A program made the position numbers and the translations under genes. Positions 12,342-24,258 of a stretch of 64,000 bases of DNA are shown piece by piece. The stretch is from Hyaloraphidium curvatum SAG 235-1 (taxonomy: Eukaryota > Fungi > Monoblepharomycota): contig JAIVFI010000010.1 of the NCBI GenBank assembly GCA_025558095.1, positions 682,001 through 746,000 on the forward strand, read 5' to 3'. A model generated the notes under the pieces. It saw only the letters and a list, made by a program, of their open reading frames with translations. It was not told the DNA's origin and searched no databases. Position 1 is the first letter of the stretch. Each line of letters begins with the position of its first letter.

Positions 12342-13311
12342 ATGCGTTGCCTACTCGTTATCCTCTGCGCCGCCGCCATGGCGGCGACGGCATCTGGCGC
12401 GTGGGTGCCAGCGGAAGTTGCACCGCCAGCGCACTGCTTGACGACTTGACGTGCCCTCACTGCCGCGCAGGCCGACCGCCGAAGCGTGAGATCCCTTCCA
12501 TGATCGTGACGCGACGTGGCGCTGATCCTCAGCCCCCTCGCAGGCCCCTCGGCAACCCCGACGCGCCGGCGGAGCTCGCCTACTTCCGGCGCGCCTGCTG
12601 CGAGTGCCCCGTCGAGTCCACGTACTGGTGCGTCCGGTGCCTCCTCGCCGAGCCCGCCACCTGTACTGATCGGTGTGCCCATCTCTCGTCCTGCCCGCTT
12701 CCTGCTTCGGCGCGCGGTGCCCGGCCAACGCACCCTGTCAATGTTAGCGAGCTCGGCTACCCCGACACCCCTCCCGACCGCGTGGCCTGTGTGCTCTACA
12801 CCGAGGAGAACAAGCTCTACAAGCGGTACCTGCCAAGCTGTCTTCTTCGTAGCCCCGCCGCTCACCCTCGCCGACTTCCAGGTACCAGGCGCCCGTCTCC
12901 TGCTGCGCGGCCGACGGCTCCATCGACGGCTCGCAGATCACCGGCACCCTCGTCTCCGCCACCATCCCCGCATCCCGCGTGACCGGCACCCTCTCCTCCG
13001 CCACGATCCCTGCAGCGCAGGTCACGGGCAGCCTGGAAAACGCCGTCGTCCCGGGTGCCAACATCGACAACCCCATCGCCATCTTCCACGCTCTGGGCCT
13101 GACGGACGCCACCGTCCAGGTCCTGAACGACAAGTTCGGGGGCGTGCTCCAGTGCCCCGGCAATACGGCGCGCATCGGGGCCTGTCCGGCCGTGCCCAAC
13201 GTCGGCGGCACATCCTGCCAGCTCGACTCTTCGGATTCGTCTTCGTGCAGCTACATTTCTACCGCGCTTCCGTCGGGGGACTGCCCGGAGTTCAAGATCT
13301 TGTGCGCCTGA
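12342..13311 (+). CDS. Secreted Cys-rich protein with 14-aa IPxxxVTGTLxxAT repeats (copy A); exons 12342-12400, 12471-12485, 12544-12627, 12748-12825, 12882-13311
   Basis: Signal peptide. Exon structure is supported by the paralog at 22944-23972, where exons are conserved and introns diverge at identical positions. Confidence 0.8.
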
Positions 13312-13755
13312 GCAGGCGGCATGGTGCGTGACGTCCGCCCGGGACTACACCGACGGGCCGTAGTGTGTCGCACTGTGTTGTGTCTTTCACTTGTGTCTGG
13401 TGCTTGCACGATGTATGCTTCCGCGAGAAGAGATGTGGTGCCGAATCGCATGGACGCGGAGCGGTGGCGGCGGATGCGGAGAGGCTAACAGCACTTCCGT
13501 CGAACCGACAAAGGCCCCTCCTAAATCCAAGGCAGCAATGGGGTCTGTTGGTCGCGCATCGCATCTTCTGTGATGCTTGATGCTGCAATGCATATTCAGG
13601 CGAGTTCTTCGGATACCAGAGCCCAGCTCCCGAGGGTCGAGTCCGCGATGAGGCACGTCGAGCAGCCGCGGCGCACAGCCGGGCCGACAGCTCTTCCGCA
13701 ACACCGCGTTCCCACGCGTCCTTCGCGATGCCGGACTCCAACCCATCTCCGTACA

Positions 13756-15042
13756 ATGGCACGTCCTGCCTCTCTCCGCGCCGCGTCCCGCCGGGCGCTA
13801 ACCGGCACCCCTTTCCCCTCCAGAGGCCGGCCAGTCGACGTCCCCCACGGTGCGCTTCCCGTTCCCCGTCGACGCGCTCGAGCGGTACCTCCTCGACCGC
13901 AAACTGCCGGGCTTTGTACCGCCGCTCTCCGTGTCCTCCTTCGCCATGGGCCAGTCGAACCCGACGGTGATGCTGACGGGCGGCGACGGCGCGCGCTTCG
14001 TGATGCGCCGCAAGCCGCCGGGCAAGCTGGTCTCGGCCACGGCGCACCAGATCGAGCGCGAGTTCAGGATCCTGAGGGCGCTCAACGCCAACGCGCCCGG
14101 GTTCCCGGTGCCCACCGCGTACCTGATCGAGGAGGGCGAGGAGGCAATCGGGCAGGCGTTCTACGTCATGAGCTTCGTGCAGGGGAGGATATTCGCGGAC
14201 CCGAGGCTGTGGAGCGTGCAGAGCGCAAAGGACAAGGAGGAGCTCTGGGTGGACGCGGCGAGGACGCTGGCGAGGCTGCACCGCCTGAAGCCAAAGGACC
14301 TCGGCCTGGACAACCTGTCGGCGCCGGGGTCGGGATTTTACCCGCGGCAGCTGAAGTCCTTCGCGCGGCTGTCGGAGCAGCAGGCCAAGGCGATCAAGGA
14401 GGGTGGCGGGGCGCGGGGGGTACCGGGGACGGGGGACCTGCCTCGGTTCGGGGAGATGGTGGCGTGGCTCGAGGCCCACGTCGGGGACGTGCCCGCGACG
14501 GAGGGGGTGCTGATGCACGGGGACTTCAAGTTCGACAACATCGTGTTCCACCCCACGGAGAACCGCGTCGTCGCCGTGCTCGACTGGGAGGTCCGTCGTC
14601 ATCGGCGCCCCCTCTCCCTGCCCCGTGCTGACGACCAACCCGACAGCTCTCCACCCTCGGCCACCCCCTCGCCGACCTCGCCCACTTCACCCAGGTCTTC
14701 CACCTCCCCCACCCCCACGGCGTCGTCCACCCCCCGCCCGGCTCCCCCGACCCGCACATCCCCCCGCTGCCGCGCGTCCTGGCCGCCTACGCCGCCGAGG
14801 CCGGCACCTCCATCCCGTACCCGATCCCGGGGTGGCGGTTCGCGGTGGCGTTCGGGATGTACAGGCGGTCGGTGATCAGCCAGGGGATCGAGGCGCGGAG
14901 GGTCAGGGGGCAGGCCAACTCGGAGGTGGCCGAGGCGAGGGGGTGGGGGATGGCCGAGGTGTGGAGCACGGCGGGGTGGGACGTGGTGGAGGGGAGGACG
15001 GACGTGGAGAGGGTCGAGGGGGAGGGCAAGGGGAAGCTGTGA
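13756..15042 (+). CDS. APH-family phosphotransferase (stand-alone ACAD10/11 kinase-like domain)
   Basis: GQSNPT, RRKPPGKL..TAHQIEREF, HGDFKFDN. Intron 14591-14646 restores DWELSTLGHPLADL. Ends in -GKL. First exon uncertain. Confidence 0.88.
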
Positions 15043-15152
15043 ATGGCGTCTGCGGACCGGCAAGAGGTTGCGGGGAAACCGCGTTCTCCGTTGATCCTGT
15101 ACAACGTCAAGAGCGAAAAACCCCCAGGGCACGCCGCGACACCCTCAATCAG

Positions 15153-16544
15153 TCACGTGTGCCCCGTCTTCTTCTGGTGCCTCTGCATCGCGTCCGGCCT
15201 CGTGTAGCCCTTTCCGCACGTGCCGCACTCGTACGCCCGCTCCTTGGTGTGCACTGGCTGGTGCCGCACCAGGTCGTGCTCCCGCCAGAACCGCAGGTCG
15301 CAGTGCGGGCAGTGGAAGTCCTTGGCGCGGTTGGCGTCGTGCGTCAGTATGTGCATCTTGAGGTTGAAGGAGCGGGAGAAGTCCTTGCCGCAGATGGGGC
15401 ACGCGTGCGGGCCGCCGCGGCGCTTGCGGCCGCCGCCGCCTGCGCCGGAGGACGAGGGGGCGGGCCGCTTGCGCGGGTTCGACGGGGCCGGGCGGGCGGA
15501 GGAGGGCGAGCCGGCGGTGTGGTCGGACCAGTCGTCGTCGCCCTCGCCGTCCGCGTCCGACAGGCCGTAGTCCGAGCTCGCGTACGAGCTCCCTGCGTAG
15601 GAGCTGCCCGCGTACGAGCTGCCGTCGTACGGGCCTTCGATGTCCCCCGGCGGCGCGGCGGCGGTGTTGCCGGAAGCCCAGCCGAACAGGCTCGTGCTGA
15701 GCACGTTCATGATGTTCTCGCCGAGCGACTGCAGCGCGCCCCCCACGGGGCCCCAAGCGGGTTGCGCGGAGGCGTGGAACGAGGCGGCGTCGATGTCCGG
15801 GGTGCCGACGGACGCGCTGGCGACGATGGCGGAGCCGAGCTCGTGCGGGAGGCCGGTGCCCCTCAGCAGGCCTTCGACGAGCGCGTTGCTGTCGAGGTCG
15901 CCGCTGCCGGTGCGGGGGACGGCGTCCGGGAACAGGTCCCCGAGGTTGTCGGGCAGCGGCGAGTTTGCGTAGTCGCCGAGGAGTGACAGCACGTCGTCCA
16001 CGTCGTGGTACTCGGAGCCGCCAAACTCGGAGCCCGCGTAGTCCGAAAGGAAGTCGGGCGCGGCGCCGGCGGCGTCCGCGGGGGCGACGGCCGCCAGCAG
16101 GTCGGCCGGCAGCGCCAATCGCACGTCGAGGGTCGTGTTCTGCTCCACCTGCTCCACCTGCTCCGGGCTGCCCGTGTCGTCGTCGGGGGCGGTCAGCGAG
16201 GTGTCGAGGTAGTTCTGGAAGTCGTCGGCGTTGAAGTCGCTGAACAGCGACGACGTGTCGGAGAAGTGGTCGTCTGCGGGCGCGGGCGAGCCGACGGCGG
16301 TGCCGAACGAGTCGGAGCTGTCGGCGGACGAGGCGACCGAGGCGGCGCTGGCGACGCTGGCGGCGGAGGTGCGTCGCCGCCGCGGGTGCTCCAGCTTGCT
16401 GCGCGTCGCCTCCTCCGCGCGCGTGACGAACGACAGCAGCGACGCCGCGTCGCCGCCGAACCCGCCGAGCATCGACAGCAGCGCGGGGTCGGCGAGCAGG
16501 GAGGGGACGCCGTCCTCGGGGTCGTCGGGGGCCCCGCGCGCCAT
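15153..16544 (-). CDS. C2H2 zinc-finger transcription factor (three fingers, Crz1-like finger pattern)
   Basis: CPICGKDFSRSFNLKMHILTH / CPHCDLRFWREHDLVRHQPVH / CGTCGKGYTRPDAMQRH. Acidic Ser-rich N-terminus. Intronless. Confidence 0.88.
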   Translation of the reverse strand: MARGAPDDPEDGVPSLLADPALLSMLGGFGGDAASLLSFVTRAEEATRSKLEHPRRRRTSAASVASAASVASSADSSDSFGTAVGSPAPADDHFSDTSSLFSDFNADDFQNYLDTSLTAPDDDTGSPEQVEQVEQNTTLDVRLALPADLLAAVAPADAAGAAPDFLSDYAGSEFGGSEYHDVDDVLSLLGDYANSPLPDNLGDLFPDAVPRTGSGDLDSNALVEGLLRGTGLPHELGSAIVASASVGTPDIDAASFHASAQPAWGPVGGALQSLGENIMNVLSTSLFGWASGNTAAAPPGDIEGPYDGSSYAGSSYAGSSYASSDYGLSDADGEGDDDWSDHTAGSPSSARPAPSNPRKRPAPSSSGAGGGGRKRRGGPHACPICGKDFSRSFNLKMHILTHDANRAKDFHCPHCDLRFWREHDLVRHQPVHTKERAYECGTCGKGYTRPDAMQRHQKKTGHT

Positions 16545-16862
16545 GGCGGGGGCGGAAAGCCGGGAATTCGCTAAGCGGGCTAACTGAGTCTCCTTAGGGC
16601 GGGATTCGCGCCGCGGCGGCCGGAGCAGAGGGATCCAGGCGCTGGGGGTGGTGGAGAAGCCGTGCGGGTGAATAGAGACTCAGCCCGCCGCGCCGCTGTG
16701 CTTCCACGACCTCCCAAGCTGCAGGCTGAATAAGCGCGGATTATCCTGGGTTACCAAGAGACGTACATCCAGCTCGACTGCACTTGGACTGCTTTTGTCC
16801 GGACGTCCGATGTCGGGACGGTTCGGCTGAGCTGAGGGCCCCCTGGCCGCCGGTCCTCATCC

Positions 16863-18265
16863 TCACGACTCGAGCACCTTCAGGCGCGGATGGTTCGTCC
16901 TCATCCACTCCGCCACGGCCGGGGCCCGCACAAACACCTCGGCGAGCGACGGCAGGACGGCCAGAGCCGCTCCGAGGATCGCCTCCGCGTCCCAAATGGC
17001 CAGCCCTCGAAGCCCATCCGCAGCTCCCGGACCGCCGGGAACGTGAGCGGATCGCAGCCGGAAAAGAAGGCGACCATCCAGGGATCCCAATCATCCTCGA
17101 CGGGGTAGACTTCGAGGAAGGTGAGCGAAGGGAAGGCCGCTCTCTGGCGCGCCTCCAGCTTCACGAACTGGAGCCGCATCTCGTGCAGAATGCCGCTGCA
17201 GCGCCGCAGCAAATCGAGGTGGAACGTAGACGGACCTGCCCGCATCAGGTCGATGCCCCTGAGCTCGAGGCTGCGCAGGGACGCCATGCCCGCAAGGTCG
17301 ACCATCAGGGCGTCGTCGAGATCCGCGACCAGGCGGAGATGCTCGAGCCCGGTCTGCGACTCCAGGACGCGCATCTGACGGAGCCCCTGCGTCGCCAAGA
17401 CCTCGAGCTCCAGGCGCTTCAGCTTCGGCAGGGCCGCGAGGATCTGGGCCCACGAAGCCTGCGGGGAATCGTTGCGGCAGGAAACGAAGCTCGCCGATTC
17501 GAGCCTCGGGAGGAATGACCGCGGTTCGGGAACCCCATCCGTCCGGATGGCGGTGCGTTCCAGCTTCAGCTCCCGCAGCCGGGGTCCCAGGCCCGCGAGC
17601 GCGGACATGCCCATGGACATGGCCCGGAATCTCGATCCGTCCGCCGGGGAAAAGGCAGCGGCGAAGGACCGCAGCCCCAGCTCCATGCCGCCCAGCATGG
17701 CGGTGATTTCCTCCGCGACGTGCTGCGCGCAGACGGCCATCGAAAAGTCTCGCAGATGCTCGAAGAGGCGCACCAGGTTGCCGACGCCTCCGGCGCAAGA
17801 GACGTCGAACAGCGAGATCCGGACGATCTGGCAGAGGACCTGCGGTGCCGCGCCCAGGGCCTTGGCCCAGAGCGCGGCGGCCCCGTCCTTGCCGAGGGAC
17901 ATCCCCAGGGAGGCGAGCCGCCCGCCGGCGCAGTTCCGCAGCACCCCGGCAACCTCGACAACGCGCGGCCGGGACATGGCGACCAGCACCTCGAGCCTCC
18001 TGACCAGCGGCGCGTACTCCGTTCCCCCGGCCGCACCGTCGCCGCCCGCCGTCCTCCGGAGCGCCTTCCACAGCCCTTTTGCGCGGCCCGAAACCGACGG
18101 AACCACGACGCGCTCCCAGAGCAGCGATGCCGCGGAGACGTGCAGCGCGCGGATCCGCACGCACGCGAGGAGGGCGCGGCGGTCGAGCAGCACGGCGATG
18201 TGGTCGAGCACCTCGCGGGGGAGGGAGTGCAGGCCGGGGGGAGGAGGCACGGAGATCTCCGACAT
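16863..18265 (-). CDS. F-box/LRR-like protein, probable frameshift near the 3' end (about 16995)
   Basis: F-box LHSLPREVLDHIAVLLDRRALLACVRIRAL; LxxLxL repeats. The LRR-like tail (LPSLAEVFV...HPRLKVLES) lies in another frame. Confidence 0.65.
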
Positions 18266-18443
18266 CGTCTTTCTCCGTACGCGTCACGCGGGCGGATTCG
18301 GGTTGGATGTGGGACCGAGACGGATTCTCTTCCTGGTGTGACGCCGGCCCCAGCATGCGTTGGCTCTTGCAAATCGCTAGAGGGGTACGCTACACAAGAC
18401 GAAGAGGTACATCATCAACCCGACTACATCTCCGGCACCCGCA

Positions 18444-21198
18444 TCACGCCCTGCTCCGCTGCAGCTCCGCAATCTTGGCGTTGGCCTCGTCCAGCTTCCC
18501 CGAAAGCTCCCTCACCGTCCCCGCCAGCGCCTCCAGCAGCGCCACCACCCTGCCGTCCCCCTCCGAGGGGCCCGACACCGACTTGCGGGGGGACCGCGCG
18601 GCCGGCTGCCCCTCCCCCGCCGGCGCCGCCCCGAGCCCTTCGAGCCGTGTGATCCCCCTCCTCTCGCCGTCCACGACCTCCACCAGCTCCCGCCCCATCT
18701 TCTCCCTCCCTTTGCCCGGCGGTGTTGCGCCCTCCCTGATCACCCGCATCGGGCCCTCGGGGTGCGCGAAAGCCCCCAACGCGGCCTCGGCGACCTCCAG
18801 AAGCCAGACGAGGACCAGGAGGGGCCAGCACAGGGCGTAGAAGGCCGCGCGCTCCAGGGGGCGGTAGGCCGCGCGGGGGAGGACGAGGCGGAAGGGGTAG
18901 AGGAGGATCTGGATGAGGTTGAAAGGGGGGAGGAAGGGGTGCTCGTCCTGCCAGAGGGTCGACTCGAGCACTCGGTCTGCAAAACGGGGGAGAAATGCGT
19001 TCAGATCGCGCGCGCGGTGGCAACTCGAGTGACCAACAAGTGAGGTCGAACTCGTACTCGGCGTCGGCGCGCTCGACGATCCTCAAGAACGAGTTGGTGA
19101 CAATGGCTGTGGGTTGGAATCGGCAGACACGACGCAGTGAGTGAAACCCATTGCGCACCGCCCAGGCAACCCACCGATCAGGAACGGCGTCAGCAGGATG
19201 TTAACCACGCCGATGAACAGCACGATGTAGAAGAGCGAGTAGCCGGGAAACCCCTGGTCCACCGCGGCGTCGTACACGTTCCAGTACAGCCTGCCGAAAG
19301 CCGTCAGCCCCGACCGACATCCGGCTGATATCGGGCGGATCACCCACCCCGTGAACACCTGCGCCATGTCGCCCATGATCTTGAAGTACGATATCTCGGC
19401 AAAGTACCTCGCGTACCCCTGCACCACCGAGTAGAGCGCCGACGTGAAGCCCATGAGGACGAACACGCAGGGGATGATGAAGAAGAGCGAGTCGAGGAGC
19501 ATCTCCCTGCACACGATGGTGAAGATGCCGAAGATCTGGATGCGGTCGAGGGACGAGAGGAAGCGCGGCCAGACCAGGCAGGAGGCGAAGCCCAGCACGG
19601 TGAACTCGACACCCTGCACGACGGGGGGATAGAACCCTTGGGAGGGGTCGTCGGGGTCCACGGGGACGGGGGGCTCGGGGGCGGGAGGGTAGTAGAGGTT
19701 CAGGGCGCGAAGGACGTAGAAGGCTACGAGGAAGGCGATGATCATGAGATCGAGCCAGGTCCAGAGGTCGGAGAGGTAGAAGCGGATCCCTGGGAAGGCC
19801 TGGAGTATCAGGTTTGCGGCAGGATGGCGGCGGGGCAAGCGGCCCACCGAGGTCCGAGATCTGGTCGAGCTCGTCCAGCACGTACGACGCCGAGATGACG
19901 TAGAAGACGACCTCGTACCACGTCACGGTGTAGCTCCGCACGTGCAGCACCAGGGAAAAGAACAGCAGGAAGCTGGCAAAGTGGATCACGCGCACCCAGT
20001 ATCCCCACTTGGGCACCCGCGGCCGCGAGGCGTCGAAAGCCGAGAGCGGGTTCAGCAGCTGGGCCAGCGTCGGCTCCGGGTTCTCGGAGATGGCCACCAG
20101 CTCGGGCGGGCTGTCGTCGGGGAGCGGGGGGGCGTCCTCGTCGCGGACAAAGAGGATGCGGCCGTTCCAGACCTCGTTGACGAGCTCGACGACCCACGGG
20201 TGCGAGGTGAACCGCAGGCACCTCGCGTCCACCGCCACTGTGCCGCCGTCAGCCCACATCCTCTTATCCCGCGGCAAATGCGAGCCACCCACCAGCCAGC
20301 GCGCTCTCCTTTGCGTCCGCGTTCTTTCCCCCGACCTCCTCGTTCTGGCCCCACAGCGCCGACGTGCCCTCCGCCACGCTCCTGCTGTCGTCCGCCGCCG
20401 TCTCCCCGTCCCCTTCTTCCTCCTCGTTCTCCTCGAGCACCTCCAGGCCGTAGGGCTCGTACTCGTCGTCCGAGTCGATCAGCTCGAGGTCCTCGGCGCG
20501 CTTGGAGAGCATGTCCATGAGCTCTTCCTCTGGCGCGGGGGAGGAGACGGGCTCCGGCGGGGGGGTGGGGGTGCGGGGCACGGAGAGGGGCTGCGGGGCA
20601 CGCGGGGCGGGCGGTGCCGTTGCGGCGCGGTGGGCGGCAGGAGGCGGGACGGCCGGCGCCGGGCTCGCGGGCACGGGCGTGGGGGCAAACTTGCTCGGCA
20701 GCGGCAGGGTTCCCGCCTGCTTGGCGCTGAACTCGCCAAAGACCACCGTGAGGAGCTCCTGGTCGCTGAGCCACTTGAGGATGCGCGTGGCGACGATCTC
20801 GCAGATGTCGGCGCGGGTCCGCCAGAGCTCCTTGGCGCCCGAGTCCTCCACGGCCTGCTCCTTGAAGAGACGGCAGAGATAGAGAAGGCAGTAGACCACC
20901 GAGGGGTTCTCGAGCTCCCGCACGTGCTGGATCAGGGGCCGCAGGACCTCGATGTTGAGCTCCGAGCTGCCGTCGATCTCCTTGGCGACCACGGCGAAGT
21001 CGATCTTCCTGACCACCAGCGACTTGAGGTGCTTGATGATCGGCGTCACGGGCACTGGCGAACAGGCGAATGGGTGTTCAGATAGTGTCCAGACGTGACC
21101 ACTGTCGGAGACGCGTGGAGCCCACCGTTGAAGAGCTGGGCGCGCGAAAGGAGCCGCCTATTGGCCACCACCGTGGGGCTCCGTCCCGTGGACGCCAT
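18444..21198 (-). CDS. YVC1: Yvc1/TRPY1-type vacuolar TRP cation channel, multi-exon
   Basis: N-terminal helical linker (VVYCLLYLCRLF...RADICEIVATRIL), EVWNGRI, RVPKW, multiple TM segments, PPFNLI motif. First exon 21198-21126, intron 21055-21125. Confidence 0.82.
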
Positions 21199-21859
21199 TC
21201 CGGACGCGTCTCGGACACGGCAGGCCCTCGCGGCCGACTCCTTGCGAGGGAACGCACGCGGTGATTCGTTAGGCGATTTCTCTAAGGACCCGACGCCTCG
21301 CCGGATTTTGGCTTATCGCCCGCTAAGCGCATCACGTCCCATCTCCATCTCCTCGCGGCCCCCTCGCAGGCCCGTCCGCCCCGTGCCGGTCGCGCCGTCT
21401 CCGCGCGGCCGCACTCCCGCCGCGGCGCCGCCCCCGCCGCCCGCGCAGCGCCCCGCGTGCCCGCCGGCCGCGGACGGTCGCGGCATTCAGGTGCGCTGCC
21501 CGGCCGCCCCCGCGAGCGCCTGCTGACGCCCGCCGCCCCTCTGCGCCGCCTAATTGCGTTCATTATTGCCGCGTGCCGCCGCTGCCGCCGTGCGGCCGCC
21601 CTCTGGCCCCCGGATCGCCCGCCGCTGCCCCGACGCCACCCCGCCCCGCACACACGCGCACGCCCCATCACCTGCCTGCACCCCTCCCGGACCCCTCTGG
21701 ACGGATTTATCGGACTGCTGCGTGTTCTATCGCCCGCCCTTCCGGCCCCCGGAACGCGCGGCCGCCCCGCCGGCGCACACCCGGCCTATCGCATCGCAGC
21801 CCGGTCCGCGCCGGCTGTAGAGCCCCCTCTCCCCGCATACCCCGATCCCCGTCGCCACA

Positions 21860-22736
21860 ATGGGCGCCATCAGCAATGTCGCCTCCTACTTCATCTACAC
21901 CCTCTTTGCGGTGTTCTTCTTCGTGGTCTTCCTCAACATGCTCTTCACCAACCAGGGGGAGCAGTTCAACGTGGGGAGGTACCTGGTCCAGGTGTCGCCG
22001 TACATGTGGTCGCAATTGGGGAGCTCGCTGTGCGTCGGGCTCAGCGTCGTCGGCGCAGCATGGTGCGTGGATCCTGGGGGCGAGCAACTGCGGAGCTCAC
22101 CACCGTGACCGAACGCGCAGGGGTATCTTCCTGACGGGCGCATCGATCATCGGTGCCGGCATGAAGACGCCGCGCATCATCGCCAAGAACCTCATTAGGT
22201 TTGTTTGACGGCAGGGCCGCTCGTGACCACGGCCTAACGCGCCCACCCAGCATTATCTTCTGCGAAGTCGTGGCCATCTACGGCATCATCATCGCCATCG
22301 TCTTCTCGGGCCGCGTCTCGTTCGTCTTCACCAACGCCGGATACTCGCGGGCGGACTACTTTGGCGGTGCGCTCCCTGCATCGCCCCATCCCTCTTTGCG
22401 CTCACCCCCTCCCCCATCCAGCCTACGCCCTGTTCTGGGGCGGCATCACCGTCGGCTTCTGCAACCTCGTCTGCGGCATCGCCGTGGGCATCACCGGCTC
22501 TGGCGCCGCCATCGCCGACGCGCACGACTCGACCCTCTTCGTCAAGATCCTCGTCGTCGAGATCTTCGGCTCCGTCATCGGGCTGTTCGGCCTGATCGTC
22601 GGGCTGCTGCAGAGCGGGAAGGTGCAGAACTTTGTGGGGGTTTCCAACGGCGCGGGTGGGTGCGGTGCGGGCGCGATCAGTCGGGCTGAGGCTGATCTTC
22701 CCCTTCCATACCACAGACACGATCGGCTACCCGTAG
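21860..22736 (+). CDS. VMA16: V-ATPase V0 proteolipid subunit c'' (ATP6V0B)
   Basis: [43 protein letters not shown] and [25 protein letters not shown]. Last short exon inferred. Confidence 0.93.
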
Positions 22737-22943
22737 GAGGGGCGTTTGTTGGTTCGGACGATAGACTTGGACCGGTGCCACGGGAATATTATCGGCATCT
22801 CTCTGCATCCGCGGCCTCGGCTTCTCGTCCAAATCCAATGCGGCGTCGCATCTTTCGCGCCGAACAATACATGACAGCGACAAAAATCGAGAGCACAACA
22901 GAGCGCCATCCGCTTCTTGCCGGCCAGACCCGCAACCCCCTGC

Positions 22944-23972
22944 TCAAGCGCACAACATGGACATGTCCGGGCAACTTCCCCCGAAGACGGTGACCTGGTA
23001 ATCGCAGGTCGACGCGTCGGAGCTGGCAAGCTGGCAAGCTCCCGTGACGGGCGGGCAGCTCCCGATGCGGACCGTCCCGGGGTTGCACTGGAGCACAACC
23101 CCCGCGGAACTGCCGGGAGCGGCCTGCGTGTTGGCGCCCGTCATGCCCAGGGCGATGAGGATGTTGATGGGATCCCCGATGCTGGCGGCCGCGACCTGGA
23201 CGCCGGTCGGCAGTGCCCCGCTGAGCAGCGCGGCGTCGACCGTTCCCGTGAGCTGTGACCCGGGCAGGGCGGCGTTGGAGAGAATGCCGGTGACCTGCGC
23301 CGCGGGGATGGTGGCGGAGGAGAGAGTGCCCGTCACTCGGGCGGCGGGGACGGTGGCAGAGACGAGGGTGCCCGTGATCTGCGAGCCGTCGATGGAGCCG
23401 TCGGCCGCGCAGCACGAAACGGGCGCCTGGTACCTGGAAGGCGAATAGCGGGATGAGCAGCGGGGCGACGAAGGGGTGCAACCATGCAAGTACCGCTCGT
23501 AAAGCTTGTTTTCCTCGGTGTAAAGGACGCAGGCCACGCGATCGGGCGGGGTGTCGGGGTAGCCGAGCTCGCTGGGTTTGACAGGCAGCATTGCCGGGGT
23601 TCAGTGCGCCGAAACAGACAGCGGGCCGCAGACAGCGGAGAGATGAGCCAATGCGCGAGCACGTCGGTGTCGCCGCCGCAGGTTCTAACGCACCAGTACG
23701 TGGACTCGACGGGGCACTCGCAACATGCTTTGCGGAAGTAGGCGAGCTCCGCCGGCGCGTCGGGGTTGCCGATGGGCCTGTCCGCGGGCGAGGATCAGCG
23801 CAACGCTCCGCTCAGATTATGGGTGAGATCCCACGCTTCGGCCGTCGGCCTGCGCGGCGGGGAGGGCACGTCAAACACGGCGCAGCGGCGGCGGGATTCG
23901 CGCGGGGACCCACGCGGCGGAGGCCAGCGCCGCCACGGTGGCGGCGCAGAGCGCAAAGAGGAGGCGGCGCAT
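22944..23972 (-). CDS. Secreted Cys-rich protein with 14-aa repeats (copy B, inverted paralog of 12342-13311)
   Basis: Near-identical exons ([71 protein letters not shown]) and a 15-nt microexon at 23835-23849. Confidence 0.8.
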
Positions 23973-24258
23973 GGTGTCGGGAGGCGCAGGGAGCCGCGGA
24001 GTGTGGGAACGAATAAGGGGGACTTAGCCGCAATGATTCTCGGCGGCCCTCGCTCCCACCAGCCTAGCCGATGCTGGCTGTGCCATTGCCTAGGACGGCC
24101 AAACGGCCATCCACACACGCCTCTTCGCGTTACGGGCAGGACAAGTCGCAATGGAAGCAGAACAGGCCGCTTCGGCTAGAACCAGGCTGGGTTTCACGTC
24201 TTCGATTCAAGAATGCCATGTTCCGCTACGCAACGCCAACAAGTCAAAAGGGGACGCA

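Noticed and set aside
12342-23972. Inverted paralogs as terminal inverted repeats of a large mobile element
   Set aside because: Similarity is largely limited to exons, no transposase is present, and the enclosed genes are housekeeping (VMA16, YVC1).
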